Below are positions 26,185 to 39,880 of a stretch of DNA of 64,000 nucleotides, piece after piece. Positions within the stretch are counted from its first letter, which is position 1; each line of letters opens with the position of its first letter. The notes beneath the pieces were generated by a model that was not told the DNA's origin, searched no databases, and saw nothing but the letters and a program-made list of their open reading frames with translations. This stretch comes from Marsupella aquatica (Eukaryota > Plantae > Marchantiophyta), in contig OZ316895.1 of the NCBI GenBank assembly GCA_973895155.1, positions 14,256,225 to 14,320,224 on the forward strand, written 5' to 3'. Position numbers and translations under genes: made by a program.

Positions 26185-27720
26185 CTCTTTTTTAGATTAC
26201 ACCCCTCCAAAAGCTACCGCTACTTTTGGCCAAGCTTGGCAAATTGGCGACTGTAAGTGTTTCCCCAACTTGTGGCCAATTGGCTAGGTTTTTGTTTCCC
26301 ATTAGAAAGGTTTCCACTTAGCCACAGCCCCAGTTAGGTGGAATCTACTGGTAGTCCTTAATTATCTAGGGAGATCTAACGGTTCAGGACAGAAACACCT
26401 AGCCACAACCCAGTTAGGTAGAATCTAATGGTAGTCCTTAAATCTAGGGAGATCTAACAGTGAATATCAGATAAAAAATCTTTATAGTATCTTTTTCTTT
26501 TCACACGATCGCATTGGCCAAAAGGGAAAAACCTGAATGATTAGGCTGGTAAAGGCCTCCCAGGACCACATTCTCCTAAATTTAGATACCTCGAGATAAT
26601 TATGTTACATTGTTCCAAAGACAAAAAGCGCACTACTGTGTAATGATATCACGCTGTCAACAGAGCAAAAAGTGCCAAAGTGAAGCTGTTATATGGTGAA
26701 TCCAACTCTCATGTTTTGTCTTATTCATATTTGTGTATCATGAATTTTTATTTGAATGTACCTTAACAAGGGGCATCCTTTGTATCACATAGACTTTTAA
26801 TTCATTTTTGGACCCCTTTAAATTTTTGGTATTCTATAGTGTTTTGAATTTATTTTGGCAGCCCCCCTAATTTGTAAACTTTGTTAAGTCCTAGAGAGAA
26901 ACTAAGAGCTTCATTTTCTACCACTTTTAAGTATACTCATGAGTGAAAGGAATGATTCTAAGAAATGTCAGCACATCCTGTCTTAAGCTCCCCTTGTGGC
27001 TTTATTTACTAAGTTTATGGTTTTTATTGAATAAGAGTCATTAATAAGACACACTGAAATACGTGCACAACTCGTAGGATCTTTGTGTAATAAAATTGTA
27101 CTTTCCATTGGTCACTATGTACTTTTATTCCATGTGTTTTATTTATATTATTTTATTTCATTGTGTACAACTCGTAGCAACTTTGTGTAATAAAATTGTA
27201 CTTTCCATTGGTCACTATGTGCTTTTATTGCATGCACTTTATTTATATTTTTTGTCCACTTAATATCACTACAGGACAAAAAGTAAAGCATGTTCCAGGA
27301 TGAGCATGCTATATCACGCTGTCAAAAGAGCAAAAAGTGCCAAAGTGAGATAGGACCAATGTGTTTAAAGGTTTCTACTTTGAGCAAAAAGTACCAAAGT
27401 GAGATAGGGCTAGCGTAATTTAAAGTGCCAAAGTGAGATAGGACCAGCTTATTTTCTAAGGTTTTTACTTTTCCGCCAGAGTGGCCAATGTCCAATCAGT
27501 GAAAGGGAAGAAGCTCAAAACATTCTTTATCTGATTATTTTCCTAACCGTCAGATCTCCCTAGATTTAAGGATGACCTTTCGGATTCTGGCTAATGGGAC
27601 CTGTGATTAGGTGGGACACTAGCTAATGAGACAGAAACATACTAGCCAATTTTGGCCAAGAGTGGGCCAAAGCTTTTTTGGGAGATGAAATTTGGCAAAT
27701 TTTTGCCACTAAAAAAAGAG
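26185..27720. mobile_element. Non-autonomous element with long degenerate inverted repeats (Mutator/foldback-like)
   Basis: The left arm (~26185-26533) is the reverse complement of the right arm (~27459-27720), e.g. CCTTAAATCTAGGGAGATCTAAC..ATCAGATAAA versus TTTATCTGAT...GTCAGATCTCCCTAGATTTAAGG. No ORF and no TSD resolved. Confidence 0.6.
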
Positions 27721-27737
27721 CTGAGTAGCATCCCACT

Positions 27738-27926
27738 CAGGCACTATTTTAGGAGACCCAACAGAGAGGAGTAAATTTCAGAAAGTCCCAGAGTGAGATT
27801 GGACCCCACAGGCACTATACTAGGCGACCCCAGTAAAGAGATGTATATTTCAAGGAAAAGGGCCAAAGTGAGATAGGACCCCACAGGCACTCTATGTGGA
27901 GACCCAATAGAAGGGAGTAAATTTAA
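27738..27926. repeat. Tandem ~72-bp repeat, about 2.5 copies
   Basis: CAGGCACT...GACCC...GTGAGAT.GGACCCCA recurs. Confidence 0.75.
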
Positions 27927-28559
27927 AGCCCTCATCGAGCATTCATATACCCTATGGGGTTGTGTTTTTTCATCTTTTGGTGGCAGACACCAACTCATTT
28001 AGGATAGCATAGTGTTACATAGAGCTAGGGAGCATCTTCCAACTCTAAAGGACTGGCAAGGGACATTGCATACCCTCCCTTCATCAGTTTCATTCATAAG
28101 GTTGACCTTTACACTACTTAGCCCAATGCAAGTGCACAAGCCTGTGCATTGCATATATAGAAGATGTTGAGGCAAGGAAAAGAAGCTGGTAAGGCCTCCT
28201 ATGTAACATTGCACCCATGTTATTGTTGGGAGCATGGGCTTGTTGCAGCCATATGGTAGTGCCACTATGCAATCCGTGCCCATGTGTTGCACAATTGTGA
28301 TTCCAAGCATGTTTTTGTGGCGACCATGTGCTCATTGCAACCATGTTGTTGTTGCAAAAGTGATTGGGGCAAGGGCAAAACAGACTGTGGCAACAGGGGC
28401 AGGCACGACCACATAGCACTAGGGAGAGGGAGACATTTCTTCCCCTCCTCTCCCTCATGTTATCCTTCCAGCAAGAATTTCATTAAAAAGATGTTTTTCA
28501 TTGCAAAAATAGATGTAGTCAACCATGTAGGAGATGGAAGGTGCAAAGTTTATATCACA

Positions 28560-30000
28560 ACTTGCCAAAAGGCAAAAAATGCCAAACCGGGAGACACGAT
28601 CCCAAAGGCAAAGCAACCCAAAGAAGGGGAGGACAAGAGTGGAAAAGGCCCCAAGAAAAAACCCCGGAAAAAACAAGCCAAGGGGGCCCAAACCAAAAGC
28701 TGACAAAAACGTAACCTATGAAGGAGCCGTGAAGGCTAACACCCTACTGAGTGGAGAACTGAAAAGCCTGGTAAAGCTCTGGAGTGAACCGCAAAGGAGG
28801 GTCCCAAAGCGGAACCTGGCGGGAGGCCCTAAAACCAACGGCCTCAGCCCTACGAAGGAGGGTGAAAACCTGCCTGGGCCTGCTGAAGAGCCACAAACAC
28901 CCGCTGCCAAAAAAGGAGATGAGGACCAAAACAGGCGGAAAGACCTCCTCTCAATACAATAAACAGCACAGGCTTGCAAGAACTGGTCGAAGGTAGAGTG
29001 GAGAGCACCAAAAACCTCAATGGCAAAGGGGTAGAAAAGAACCCCCGGGTAGCGAACTACATAGGCCGCCTCCTTGAGCAGGGCAGCCTGGCCTGCTGCA
29101 TGGCCCGGCACATGGGTGGCAACCACGACATGGCTCCCCCGGTAGGGTCCCCAACCACCACATCCCCAAGAGCACGAACCCCAACCCTAGAAAAGACCAG
29201 ATCTGCCCGCCGCCGGTCAGGAAGTTCATCTCGAGGAGGACAAACATGTCCTTGTTCCATGGCAACATGGTAACTAGAGTCCCGGGCAATGCCAGCCACC
29301 ACGTCCTGAATATCATCATGGGTGGCAGTCCTCTCACCCTCATGGCCACACCTGAGAATATGAACTCCCAACAAATCCAATGATGCCCCACAAACACCTG
29401 TGGGTTGGCCAAGAAGGCAAGGGTGAGGAAGTCTCAACCTAAGGTGCAATGAAGTGGTAAAGAGGAAGGAGCTCATACGAAAGGGGGCCCACAAAGGACT
29501 AGCAAAAAGCCACGCTCCAAAACCAGTACCCACACAAGATAGGAGGCAAGCTCAAACAGAGTCAGAAGGTGTATCTGAGAGCATGCTCAAAAGGGTGTGA
29601 CAGTGCATTTGGTCAGAAATCACCTGTTGGACACTGTCCGGACTGTCTAGAACCACTTCCATGAAATTAGAAACAATGGCTTGCACAACCTCATGCAGGA
29701 GTGAACGGGTCTGGCATATGCAAACTTGGAATGGGAGGACCCCCTCCTCAACCCCCATGACATGGTCAAAGAGGATGGGTTGGAGATCCACAATGAAACA
29801 AGAAGCTAGGGCAAGGGCCACCTGCACCCAACTCCCAAGGAAAGCGCACAGGGCAGTTGGAAGAGCTTACTTAGGTGAGAGCCAGGGCAAGAGCAATCTA
29901 TAACAGGGCAGTAAAGCAAGTATGTTGGGCAACAGAAAAAGCAAGCAAACCCTCTAAAGACTTCTCTGTCCCATTGGTCTGGTAATCTTTGACTCCCCAT
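28560..30000 (-). mobile_element. Decayed 3' part of a CRE-clade (RLE-type) non-LTR retrotransposon, copy 1
   Basis: Fragmented translation: AFLGSW (RT thumb region), GAWL..P, LHLRLRLPHP, degenerate zinc knuckle VCG..LDLLGVHILRC, THDDIQD, RRADLV...GDVVVGDPT (PD..D-like endonuclease), PGHAA..AALLKE..Y, FYPFAIEVFGAL. This is followed by a T-rich 3' UTR. Confidence 0.75.
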
Positions 30001-31899
30001 GGTTTGGGGAATCCAATGGCCACCAAAATAAGTTACATAAGTTAGATTACCACCCACGTGAGTTGGAGAGGGCCAGTGGTGTTGGACTCAACCATGGAGG
30101 AGTTGGCACCAGGTGTTGTGGAGCCAAAGGGGGCAGAAGGATTGGAAAAGGGTGGAAAGGGTTGAAGTCAATAGGGTGGGGTCAGATGGCCATGGAGTTG
30201 TGTGCTACTTATGGTCTTGCCAATGTGGAGAGTGCTGGGAATGGAAGGCAAGAGAAAGAAATAACAAGAAAGGACTTTGAGAGGAAAGTCTGTAAAACTG
30301 AGCAATAATTGAGACTCTAATGGATCCAATTGTAATGAGAGACTGAAGAGATTCAAGGGGGGCCCACATAAGTGTAACCACCATACACCCCATACATGCA
30401 ACACCAACCCAACAATACTCTCACCTTCAATTAAACACTTAATTGGCTTTCCGGTCTTGAACAAAAGCTGACCCCCCCCCCCCCCCCAAACACACAGCAA
30501 AAGGAAAGAAACCCCACCACAACCAGCCAAAAAATAAATATGGCCTCTTCAATAAATGAAGAACCACAAACTCCCCAAACCTTCCTCCCTACCTCCAAAA
30601 ATAAAATGGAAACTGAAAGAGGAAAAACCTTCTAAAATTACGGACAAATCTTTAAAAGAAAAACGAAAATTCTTGGTTTTCGTTCTTCCCCGTCCTAGCG
30701 CCTCTCCCACTAATGATTGAGTATAGGCTGTACTTTGTACCACTATACCAGATGTACTCAAGTCAATTGTATTCCCTATAATTGCATTGCTTGTATGCAT
30801 ATTCCCACACATTTGCCTAAATTTATAGTCTACCCCATTCTCAGATTATCCATGGCCCAAAAGACTGACAGAATGAATTTGAAGGTTGTCATGAATTCCT
30901 ACCGAAAGTGTACTTACTATATATTGTCTCATTGTACTCCTCCTTTTATATTGGAAATTTGGTTTAGACTGTGTGTAAACGTATTAGGTTTTTCCAAACC
31001 CTTCAATTTTATTAATTGTTTCCTTTCTACCATGTAGAGTTAGTCATTGTATTCATCTTTTGATTTAGTGAGATCTAATTCCTTAATTTCCCATTTACTT
31101 TATACCTTTTCACTTTAAACAACTAAGGTAATTCTGGTCGAGGAAGGTAGTTGCTCGCCATTCAACAATACAACTAAAATCCTCTCAGTCCATGTAGTTT
31201 CTATCTCCATTGCTTAACAAGGTTCACATGCTTATAGGCATTACGTACATCAATAAGTGTCACCTGAACAGGGAGCCACTCAAGATACTATGGGTTTTAG
31301 ATCTTTAGGTGTCACAAGAACAAGGAGCCCTCAAAATACAGCCAAACATTAGGAAGGTGCTCTTAAGTTAGAGTAGTTTTCATTCAAGCAGAAGTACTCT
31401 TCTCTCTTTCACTTTAGAAATACTGTAGGATTTTTCATTTTCTTGCCCAAAATCATTTTCCCTGGGTTCTCACTTATTTCCTTTCTACCAAAAATGCAAA
31501 AGTAACTATAGGGTTTGTTTATTGGGTTGAGAAGAACACTTTTAAATTCCTATAGAAGAACATTAGGGTTTTTTAAATCCAATTTTGAGAATTTGAAGAG
31601 AATTTCATGTTTTTAGAAATGAATTTTGGGAATATTTTTAGAATATTCCAAAAAGATAGGGGTAGAAAAAGAGTTCAAAAAAATTCCTAGTTTTTAGGGT
31701 GTTTAATAGCTAAAAGCGTCGAGTATGTTATGAGACCCCCTTTAGAGTGAGGCCCCCGAGAATAGGATATGAATTAATTAGATTAGTCAATACTCTAAGG
31801 ATTAAATAGATTTTTCTAGTGATTAAGCTTAAATAGTTGTCTTGGAAGGCCAACATTAGTATATAAATCATGCAAACAAGCAAAGATCGTTTTATCCGA

Positions 31900-34270
31900 T
31901 GGGTGGATTGATCCAATAGGCAAAACACCCAATAAAGAGGGAAAACCACAGGAAGAACATGGAAAACCCAAGAGACCAAATGGCCAAAGAACTTAAGCCC
32001 TATTCGGGGGCCCTATTGAGCCACAACCTTCAAATGATGGTAGAGCTTGGGGGTAAACTGCATAGGAGGATCTCAAACAGGGCTTTGATTACATGCAGGC
32101 TAGAAAACCAACAACCTCGGCCCAAAGGAGGATAGTGAATGCCTGAACCCGTTGTAAAGCAACAGAAACCCATTTCCGGAAGAAGCCATCAAGGACCAAA
32201 ACAATGGACAAGGCCATCACTCAACACAATAAACTGCACAAACCAAAGGAAACGGACAAGCCCAAGGTATAGGGACCAACAGACCTCCAAAGCACGCGGG
32301 TGGAAAATATCCCCAGCCCTGGTAACAAGCAGCATAAGCCTTTTCCGTCAGCCAAGCGGCCTTAGCTATAGCATGGCCCAAAACATGGGCAGCAATCAAA
32401 ACATTACTCTTGCCAATAGGATCAGCAATGATCAGGTTGCCAAGGTCCAACACTCATCCCTGAAAATATAACATGTTGATGGACCAAACGAGAAGTGCGA
32501 CAGGCTTCTTGTTTGGGCCTTTCTATGTAAACAATACAAAATATGATACAGAGTGTCATATTTCACATTCCTTAACAAGTAGACTTCAAAGCATAGCGTA
32601 TCAATAGGGCATATTTCAAAAAGATACCAATTATGGTCAAGCTAGTACTCAATAAGAATCCTACTATGGTGAAAGTAGGAGTTTTTGAGATGATCTAGTT
32701 TTATTGTGTCCGCAATAGTTTTGATCTGCAGATCACAATATATTGTACTTCCCCTCAAGGTTTCAGAGAAAACATTTAAAGCATTTTTTGAGGATAGTCA
32801 TTTTAAGTTTGAGAACATTGGTGATCCATGAATCACAAATGGAATTCCCCTCATTATTTTATGGGTTTAAAAATGAATCAGGTTTTCAACAGTTAGTTTT
32901 GTGTATGGACAGCAACCCATGATCCATGGATCATGATTGGGATTTGGTTTGCTGGTTTTAACAATGCAACAAGTTGGTCCATATTTGTGGGGTTACGTAC
33001 AACATCTTAGTTAGCTTAACCAATTCTGAGTTAAAGTAACTGATTGTGGGCTTAACTATATATGCAGTTAAGTGGTAGCTCCCTAAACCTTGGGTACACA
33101 TGATAGTCAAATATGGATTTTTGCATGAATTTAAATTTATAAATTGTTATCTTTATTTTCAATATACTGTCAAACAGCATTTGGTGGGTTGTGCTATCCA
33201 ATTCCTAGATTGACTCCAAAATGTCATACACTCGTATAACTTTTGGCATGTTAAAAGTTGAGTGTACATTCTCTCATCATAAAAATTTTGATTTTTGCCA
33301 AAATCTTGAGTTTGGAAATCATTGCAGAAATTTATCTGACACAATTTGTTTTTCCAAATAGCAGGATTGTAGTCTCTAATCTCTCCCTAAATATGACATC
33401 CAGATATTTAATCTCTTGATCATTAGTTTAGCTCCAAAAACATCAATGGATGCAATGCCAAAACTGATCCATTTTCCTATTATTTTCAAAAAAGTTGGTT
33501 TTGAAAAAAAACATCATTTCGTATCACTATTTTTTGCAAAAATTGAACAGGCTTCTTGTTTGGTTTGTCAACATGTTATATACCAAAAAAGCGTATCTGG
33601 AACACCATCTTTGGGAGAATGCACACATCCCAAACGTCATCGTGTGTACCAGAAGTCCTTTCACTCTCGTGCTGCATCTAAGGATATGGATGCCCTATTA
33701 ATGGGCCAGGGATGCCCCACAAACACAAGTGGGTGACCTGAGGCAAGGGTGAGGCCCGGGAGTGAGGAAGACCAAGCCAAAGGTACAAGAACGTGATGAA
33801 AACAAAAGAGCTCCCATCAAAACAAGGAGGGCGAGCCAGTAGCAAGGCTCCTCAACCTGCACCTTGACATATGAGGATAAAGGACAAGTCTACCAGACTT
33901 TGTCTGATGGAGAATTAGAGAGCATGCTAGAAAGGGTGTAACCTTGCATGTGGTCAAATATCACATACTGGACAGGATCTAAACAAACCAAAACTTTCTC
34001 CTGATATGTGGGAACTATGTCACGCACAATTATTGGCAGCATGGACCTAGCTAGTACCTCAAAGTTAAGTCTGAAAGGGGAGATCCCTAGCCTCAACGCC
34101 TAGAACATAGTTAAAGAGGAGACTCTTGAGGTGCAAGAAGCCAGAATAGGAGTGACTTGTACCCCCGCTTGCACCCAACACTCAAGGAAGGCACAAGGAG
34201 CAATAGAAATGGCCGATGAAATGCCAAGGCCTTCCCTAGAAAGCAGGCCTCGAAAAGCCAAGTGAAAAGG
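31900..34270 (-). mobile_element. Second decayed CRE-like copy, split by ~1.2 kb of unrelated sequence
   Basis: 33710-34270 aligns by eye with 29385-29880 (GATGCCCCACAAACAC, GAGAGCATGCT, GCAT.TGGTCA). 32217-32453 encodes LGNLIIADP...VLGHAIAKAAWLTEKAY...YFPPACFGGL, matching the C-terminus of copy 1. Confidence 0.65.
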
Positions 34271-34725
34271 GACCCTTGTATCTCATGGTTGCCATCTTAC
34301 CACATATGTAATGGATTACCCCTCATATCCAAACTTTGTGAGTTATCATATATACTACGGACAACCTAAGTGGATGCCCATTGAGAGCCTCACATAGACA
34401 CATTGTAATTTATCCAAGTGTGCCCATTCCAGCGGATTGTCGGTTTATCAATTGTCATTTGGGCAGGAAGAAATCCTAACCATTGCTGAAAACTTATGTC
34501 ATCGCTGTTTGTTTGGCCCAAAATTTGCCCCTTCCTGCCTCCTTGTGCGCCCTCTCACCTTGCCTCCCTACCTTGCCATGCTATTTGTGGGAAGCACACT
34601 CATTGGGCTTTGTGCATACATAATGCTTTATCAGGTCATCATGGCTGTTGTGGATCCACCTTATGACTAAGCCAAGGAAGCAGACATTGGATTGGGCGGC
34701 GACCACATACCTTTCATGCTAACAC

Positions 34726-35069
34726 TGTTAGATATTGCTCTAGTCTTGTGACTCTTGAGCTAACCACAGTTAGTCTAACTCGGGTTAGGACTTAGCTAAT
34801 GTTAGCGGTAGTGCTATTGTGCATTTAGCCAGGGCTGATGCCAGACCCTGATGGAACTTAGGCTCATTGTTACGGAGCTAGTTGAGAGATAGGGAGAGCT
34901 TGTGCTGTGGATGCTTGGTATGGCCGGTCGGCCTAGAGTGCAGTAAAGCTCTTGTGTGTTCCCGTGGACGTAGCCTCATGTGGAGGTGAACCACGTATCT
35001 CTCTGTGTCGACTATTGTGCGTTGGATGGTTCATGGGCTTGCCGTTGCGAATGTCGTCTATGCTCAACA
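34726..35069 (+). repeat. 5' LTR of the copia element
   Basis: Direct repeat of 39881-40224, followed by the PBS. Confidence 0.97.
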
Positions 35070-35593
35070 AGTGGTATCAGAGCATGCCTAGGAGGTGACG
35101 AGGTTTTTTCGTGACAGGTTTTTCCAGCGTTCATTGTCGGTGGCACATTCGGAGTTTCGTCGCATGAAACTCAAATGTGTGTGGCTGAGCGGATAGGTTA
35201 GTGAGAGGGCTTTCTAACGGTGGTTAGAACTCGTTGATCGGTATCCGTGGTGCGGAGGAATTGAAGTTTGCGTCGTTCAGGTTTTATTCGTGTTCGACGG
35301 GTTTTCGGGGGAGTGACCAGAGTTCGCATTTTTCAACGGTGTGAGTTGTGCGGTGTTCGGGAGATCACACATTATAGCTCAAGTTGAAGGTTGAAGCGAG
35401 CTGGTCGTTTCGGTAGCTGGATTGCTGCCGAGTTGGTGAAGCTTCAAGATCGCGACAGTCAGACGGAGAGTCTGAGGAGGAGCTGCTACCATTTGAGGAA
35501 GAACTAGTGACACCGGTACGATCACCGGTGCGACGTGCAGTGGAGGAAGCTGTCTTACTACCAGAGTTGTCGGTAGTTGGGAAGAAGAGACAA

Positions 35594-38500
35594 ATGGCTA
35601 GATTTGGAGGAGTGAAGTTTGAGGTGGAGAAGTACGATGGTCGTACTGATTACTTGCTATGGGAGAAGCAAGTGAAGGGTGTCCTTCGGGCCATGGGATT
35701 AGCTCATCTACTTTCCTCGCGAGAGCAGTATGATGGAGAGGAGGAGATTTCTGTAAGACAGTGGAGACAGGAGCAGGTGATTGTTGTCAATGCAGTGATG
35801 CTATATCTCAAGCCGCACATCATCAAGCAGCTGGATGATTATGTGGATTGCGCGTCACTATTCAAGGCTCTAAGAGAGAAGTATTACCGGGAAGATGCGT
35901 CAGACCGGCTATACAAGAAGTCTCTCTTGATGAGCCTTAGACTCAAGAAAGGGAGCAAGATGCAGGATCACCTGGATGAATTTGACAGTCTAGCGATGGA
36001 TCTGTCAAACCTGGGAAAAGGAGTTGAAGATGAGGATAAGGCCTTGCTTCTGCTAAGCTCCTTACCGCCGTCATATCAGGGCTTGAAACAGGTGCTCTTG
36101 TATAGAGATCTGAAGTCCATTTCGTATAATGAGGTGGTGAGCTCATTACTGTCTGATGGTGCTCAGAAGAAGCTGGGTCAATCACAGACAGCATCTTCTT
36201 CTGGCACTGCGCTCAATGTGAACAGGGGAAGAGCAGCGCAACGCACGAATGGACAGAACAGGTTTAGATCTACATCACGGGGGAGATCTAAATCCAGAGG
36301 GAAATCGCAAGAGAGGAAGCCTCTTGCATGTTGGAATTGTGGCAAGCCTGGCCACATGAAAAGGGATTGTCGAGTAAAGGTCCCTACTGCCTCTGCTAAC
36401 GCGGCATCGAGCTCGCATGAGGTAGATTTACTCGATGATGATGACATATTGTGATGTCAAGGTTATGCTCTCAACGTAGTGTCAAATCCAGGTAGTGATG
36501 ATTGGATTCTAGATAGTGCATGTACTTTTCACATTTACTCTAGGAGAGATTTTTTCAGTTCTTACACGGTTTCCAACGGGTCAGTGTTGATGGGAAATGG
36601 AATCCCATGTCAAGTTGTTGGACTTGGATCTGTAAGATTTCAGATGTTTGATGGTGCTGTGAGAACGTTGAGGAATGTAAGACATATTCCCAGCATGATG
36701 AAAAATCTCATTTCACTTGGAGTTTTAGAAGCAAATGGCCATCAGTGGAGTTCTGCTAATGGTGTCCTTCAGGTTTCAACTGGTACTAAAGTTGTATTGA
36801 AGGGAAAGAGACATAGCAATCTATACGTTTTGGAGGGCAGTGTAGTTTGTGATGAAGCCAATGTAACCTTATCTCATGAGGAGACGGCCCGAATGTGGCA
36901 CTTCCGTTTGGGCCACATGAGTGAAAAAGGTTTGGTTATTCTTCAGAAGAAAGGATTACTTTCTAATTTGCAGTCTTGTAAGTTGGAATTTTGTGAGCAC
37001 TGTGTGCTTGGGAAGCAGCACAGGAAACCCTTCGGAGTTGGAACTCACACCAGCAAGGAGGTACTTGAGTATGTACATAGTGATGTGTGGGGTCCAGCCC
37101 CTACTCCCTCACATTCTGGACGGTTATACTATGTCACGTTCATAGACGATTACTCAAGGTATGTATGGATCTACTTTCTACATAGTAAGTCTGATGTTTT
37201 TGCCACTTTTAAGGAGTGGAAAGCCCAAGTTGAGAATCAGACTGGTAACAAGGTGAGATATCTTCGATTGGATAACGGCGGTGAATATAGTTCCGGGGAA
37301 TTTGGAACGTATTGTAAGGAGCAGGGGATTACCCGCCATCTCACAACAAGTTATACTCCTCAGTAGAATGGTGTTTCTGAGAGACTCAACCGAACACTGT
37401 TGGACCGCTCGAGGAGTATGTTGAGTCAATCATGCTTACCACATGAGTTTTGGGCTGAAGCTGTTAACACTGCAACTTATTTGGTAAATTTTTCTCCATC
37501 CAGTTCTATTGGATTCAAGACGCCATATGAAATGAGGTACGGGCGTCCAGCAGATTATTCATATCTGAGGATTTTTGGATGTGATGCTTATGTGCTTACA
37601 CCTTCCCAGCTTCGATCCAAGCTGGAGTCCAAGTCGAAGAAGTGCATTTTCCTTGGCTATCAGAAAGGTGTGAAGGGTTATAGGTTATGGGATCCAGTAA
37701 CCTGTAAACTAATTGTCAGTAGAGATGTGTCCTTTAATGAGTCCAGATCATCAAAGGAGGGGGAGAGTTCTCAGGACTCCCATACTAACAAGGGGAAATC
37801 TCCCATCCCGGACCCGGTTGAGGGGGAGATTAGTCATGATGCTGTTCATGACAGGAGAGATGGAGAAGCTCCGGGCTTGGAGCTGGTTCCTGTGATGGAA
37901 CAAGAGGAACAGATTGTTGCTAGGGTACCTCAAATTCAACCAGCAACAGCAGCAGATCAGCCTGAGTCATCTACTAGAAGAACTTCCAGTCGTTCTACTA
38001 GAGCTCCTACCAGGTATGGTCAATAGGCAGACTCATCTAAGCTAGATGATATTGACATTGCACCTGATGATTATGACATGGCTTTGATCTTGGAAGAAGG
38101 AGAGCCTTCTTCGTACAGTGAGGCTTGTGCTTCAGAGCAAAAGCATGAGTGGAATGCAGCAATGCAGAGGGAGTTGCAATCTTTGAGTGACAACAAGACA
38201 TGGGAGCTGGTGGAGCTTCCAAGAGGTCAGCAAGTGGTGGACAGCAAGTGGATTTACAAGTTGAAGGACAGTCCTTCAGAGGGTGGAGATAAGATCTACA
38301 AGGCAAGGCTTGTTGCCAAGGGGTTCACTCAGGAGAAAGGAGTGGACTACAATGAGGTCTTTTCACCGGTGGCTAAGTATTCCACAATTCGGATCTTGTG
38401 TCAGCTTGTTGTGTTTTTTGGTCTGGTGATGGATCAGATGGATGTTGTTACTGCTTTTCTCTATGGCAACTTGGAAGAGATGATCTTCATGAGACAGCCG

Positions 38501-39673
38501 CTAGGCTTTATGAAGAAAGGCCAAGAGAACTTAGTTTGCAGATTGCTCAAGTCCTTGTATGGATTGAAGCAGTCTCCTAGACAGTGGAACAAGCGGTTTG
38601 ATGATTTCATGCTTGCTCAAGGTTTTACAAGGATGGTGTATGATCCTTGTGTGTATACGAAATCAGTCAAGAATGATGTATTTGGTTTCATCATTCTGGT
38701 GATCTATGTGGATGACATGCTGATTGTGGCTAAAGATCAATCTGAGGTTGACAGTCTCAAGGCGAAATTGAGTGCTGAATTCAGGATGAAGGATCTTGGT
38801 AAGGCCAAGAGGATCTTAGGAATGGAGATTTTTAGGAACTCTGAGACTGGACAGTTGTGTTTGAGTCAAGGCCAGTATGCGAGGAAAGTACTTGCACGAT
38901 TCAACATGGAAAACTGTAAGCCAGTGAGTATTCCTTTAGCTTCACATTTTAAGTTATCATCGGCTTTCTCTCCTACGGATGCTGTGGAGAAAGGTTTGAT
39001 AGCTAAGATTCCTTATGAGAAGGCAGTAGGCAGTCTGATGTATTTGATGACTTGTACTAGGCCTGACTTAGCCCTAGCGATGGGCAAGGTTAGCAGATTC
39101 ATGTCAAATCCAGGGAAGGTACATTGGGAAGCTGTGAAGTGGATTCTCAGGTATCTGAAGGGTACACAGGACTATGGATTACTATTTGATAACAGATCAA
39201 ATAGAACGTTAGTTGGCTATGTAGATTCTGACTATGGAGGCTGTCTGGATACAAGGAGATCTACAACTGGGTTTGTATACACTCTTGGAGGAGGATGTAT
39301 CAGTTGGAAATCTACCTTGCAGAAGTGCATATCTCAGTCTACTACAGAAGCAGAGTATGTTGCAGCAGTAGAAGCTGCAAAGGAAGCAATTTGGTTGGAT
39401 AAGTTGATCGCGGAGATGGGTTTAGAGCATGGAAAAATGACTCTAAACTGTGATAGTCAGAGTGCTCTTCACTTGGCTGCTAACCAGGTGATGGATAGCA
39501 GGGTGAAGCACATTGATATCAGGTACCATTTTATCAGGCAAGCAGTGTCTGATAAAACTTTTGAGCTAGTCAAGATTGATGGAAAGCTCAATCCTGCTGA
39601 TGCCTTTACCAAAGTGATTCCTTTGGAGAGTTTCTCAAGACACCGTGCTACTTTGCAGGTTTTGCAGTTGTAG
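35594..39673 (+). pseudogene. Copia gag-pol polyprotein in a single frame, interrupted by three stop codons
   Basis: The four ORF-track pieces (35507, 36479, 37400, 38078) share one frame. Stops: TGA 36452-36454, TAG 37364-37366 (conserved PQQNGV reads PQ*NGV) and TAG 38024-38026. Confidence 0.9.
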
Positions 39674-39880
39674 TGCAAGTAGAGTTATTTAGCAATGTGT
39701 GACTATTTGTATATGGATTACTCATTCCTGTTTGGCTACGGCTTAGTTCTAGTTAACCCTTAGTTAACCCTTGTGGTTTTTAGGGGGAGACCTGGTTTGG
39801 TGATTGTCTAGAACTTCCCGCTGAGGATTCCATATGGTTGCATTTAGTCCAGTCCCCAAGACAAGAGTCAAGGGGGAGTT

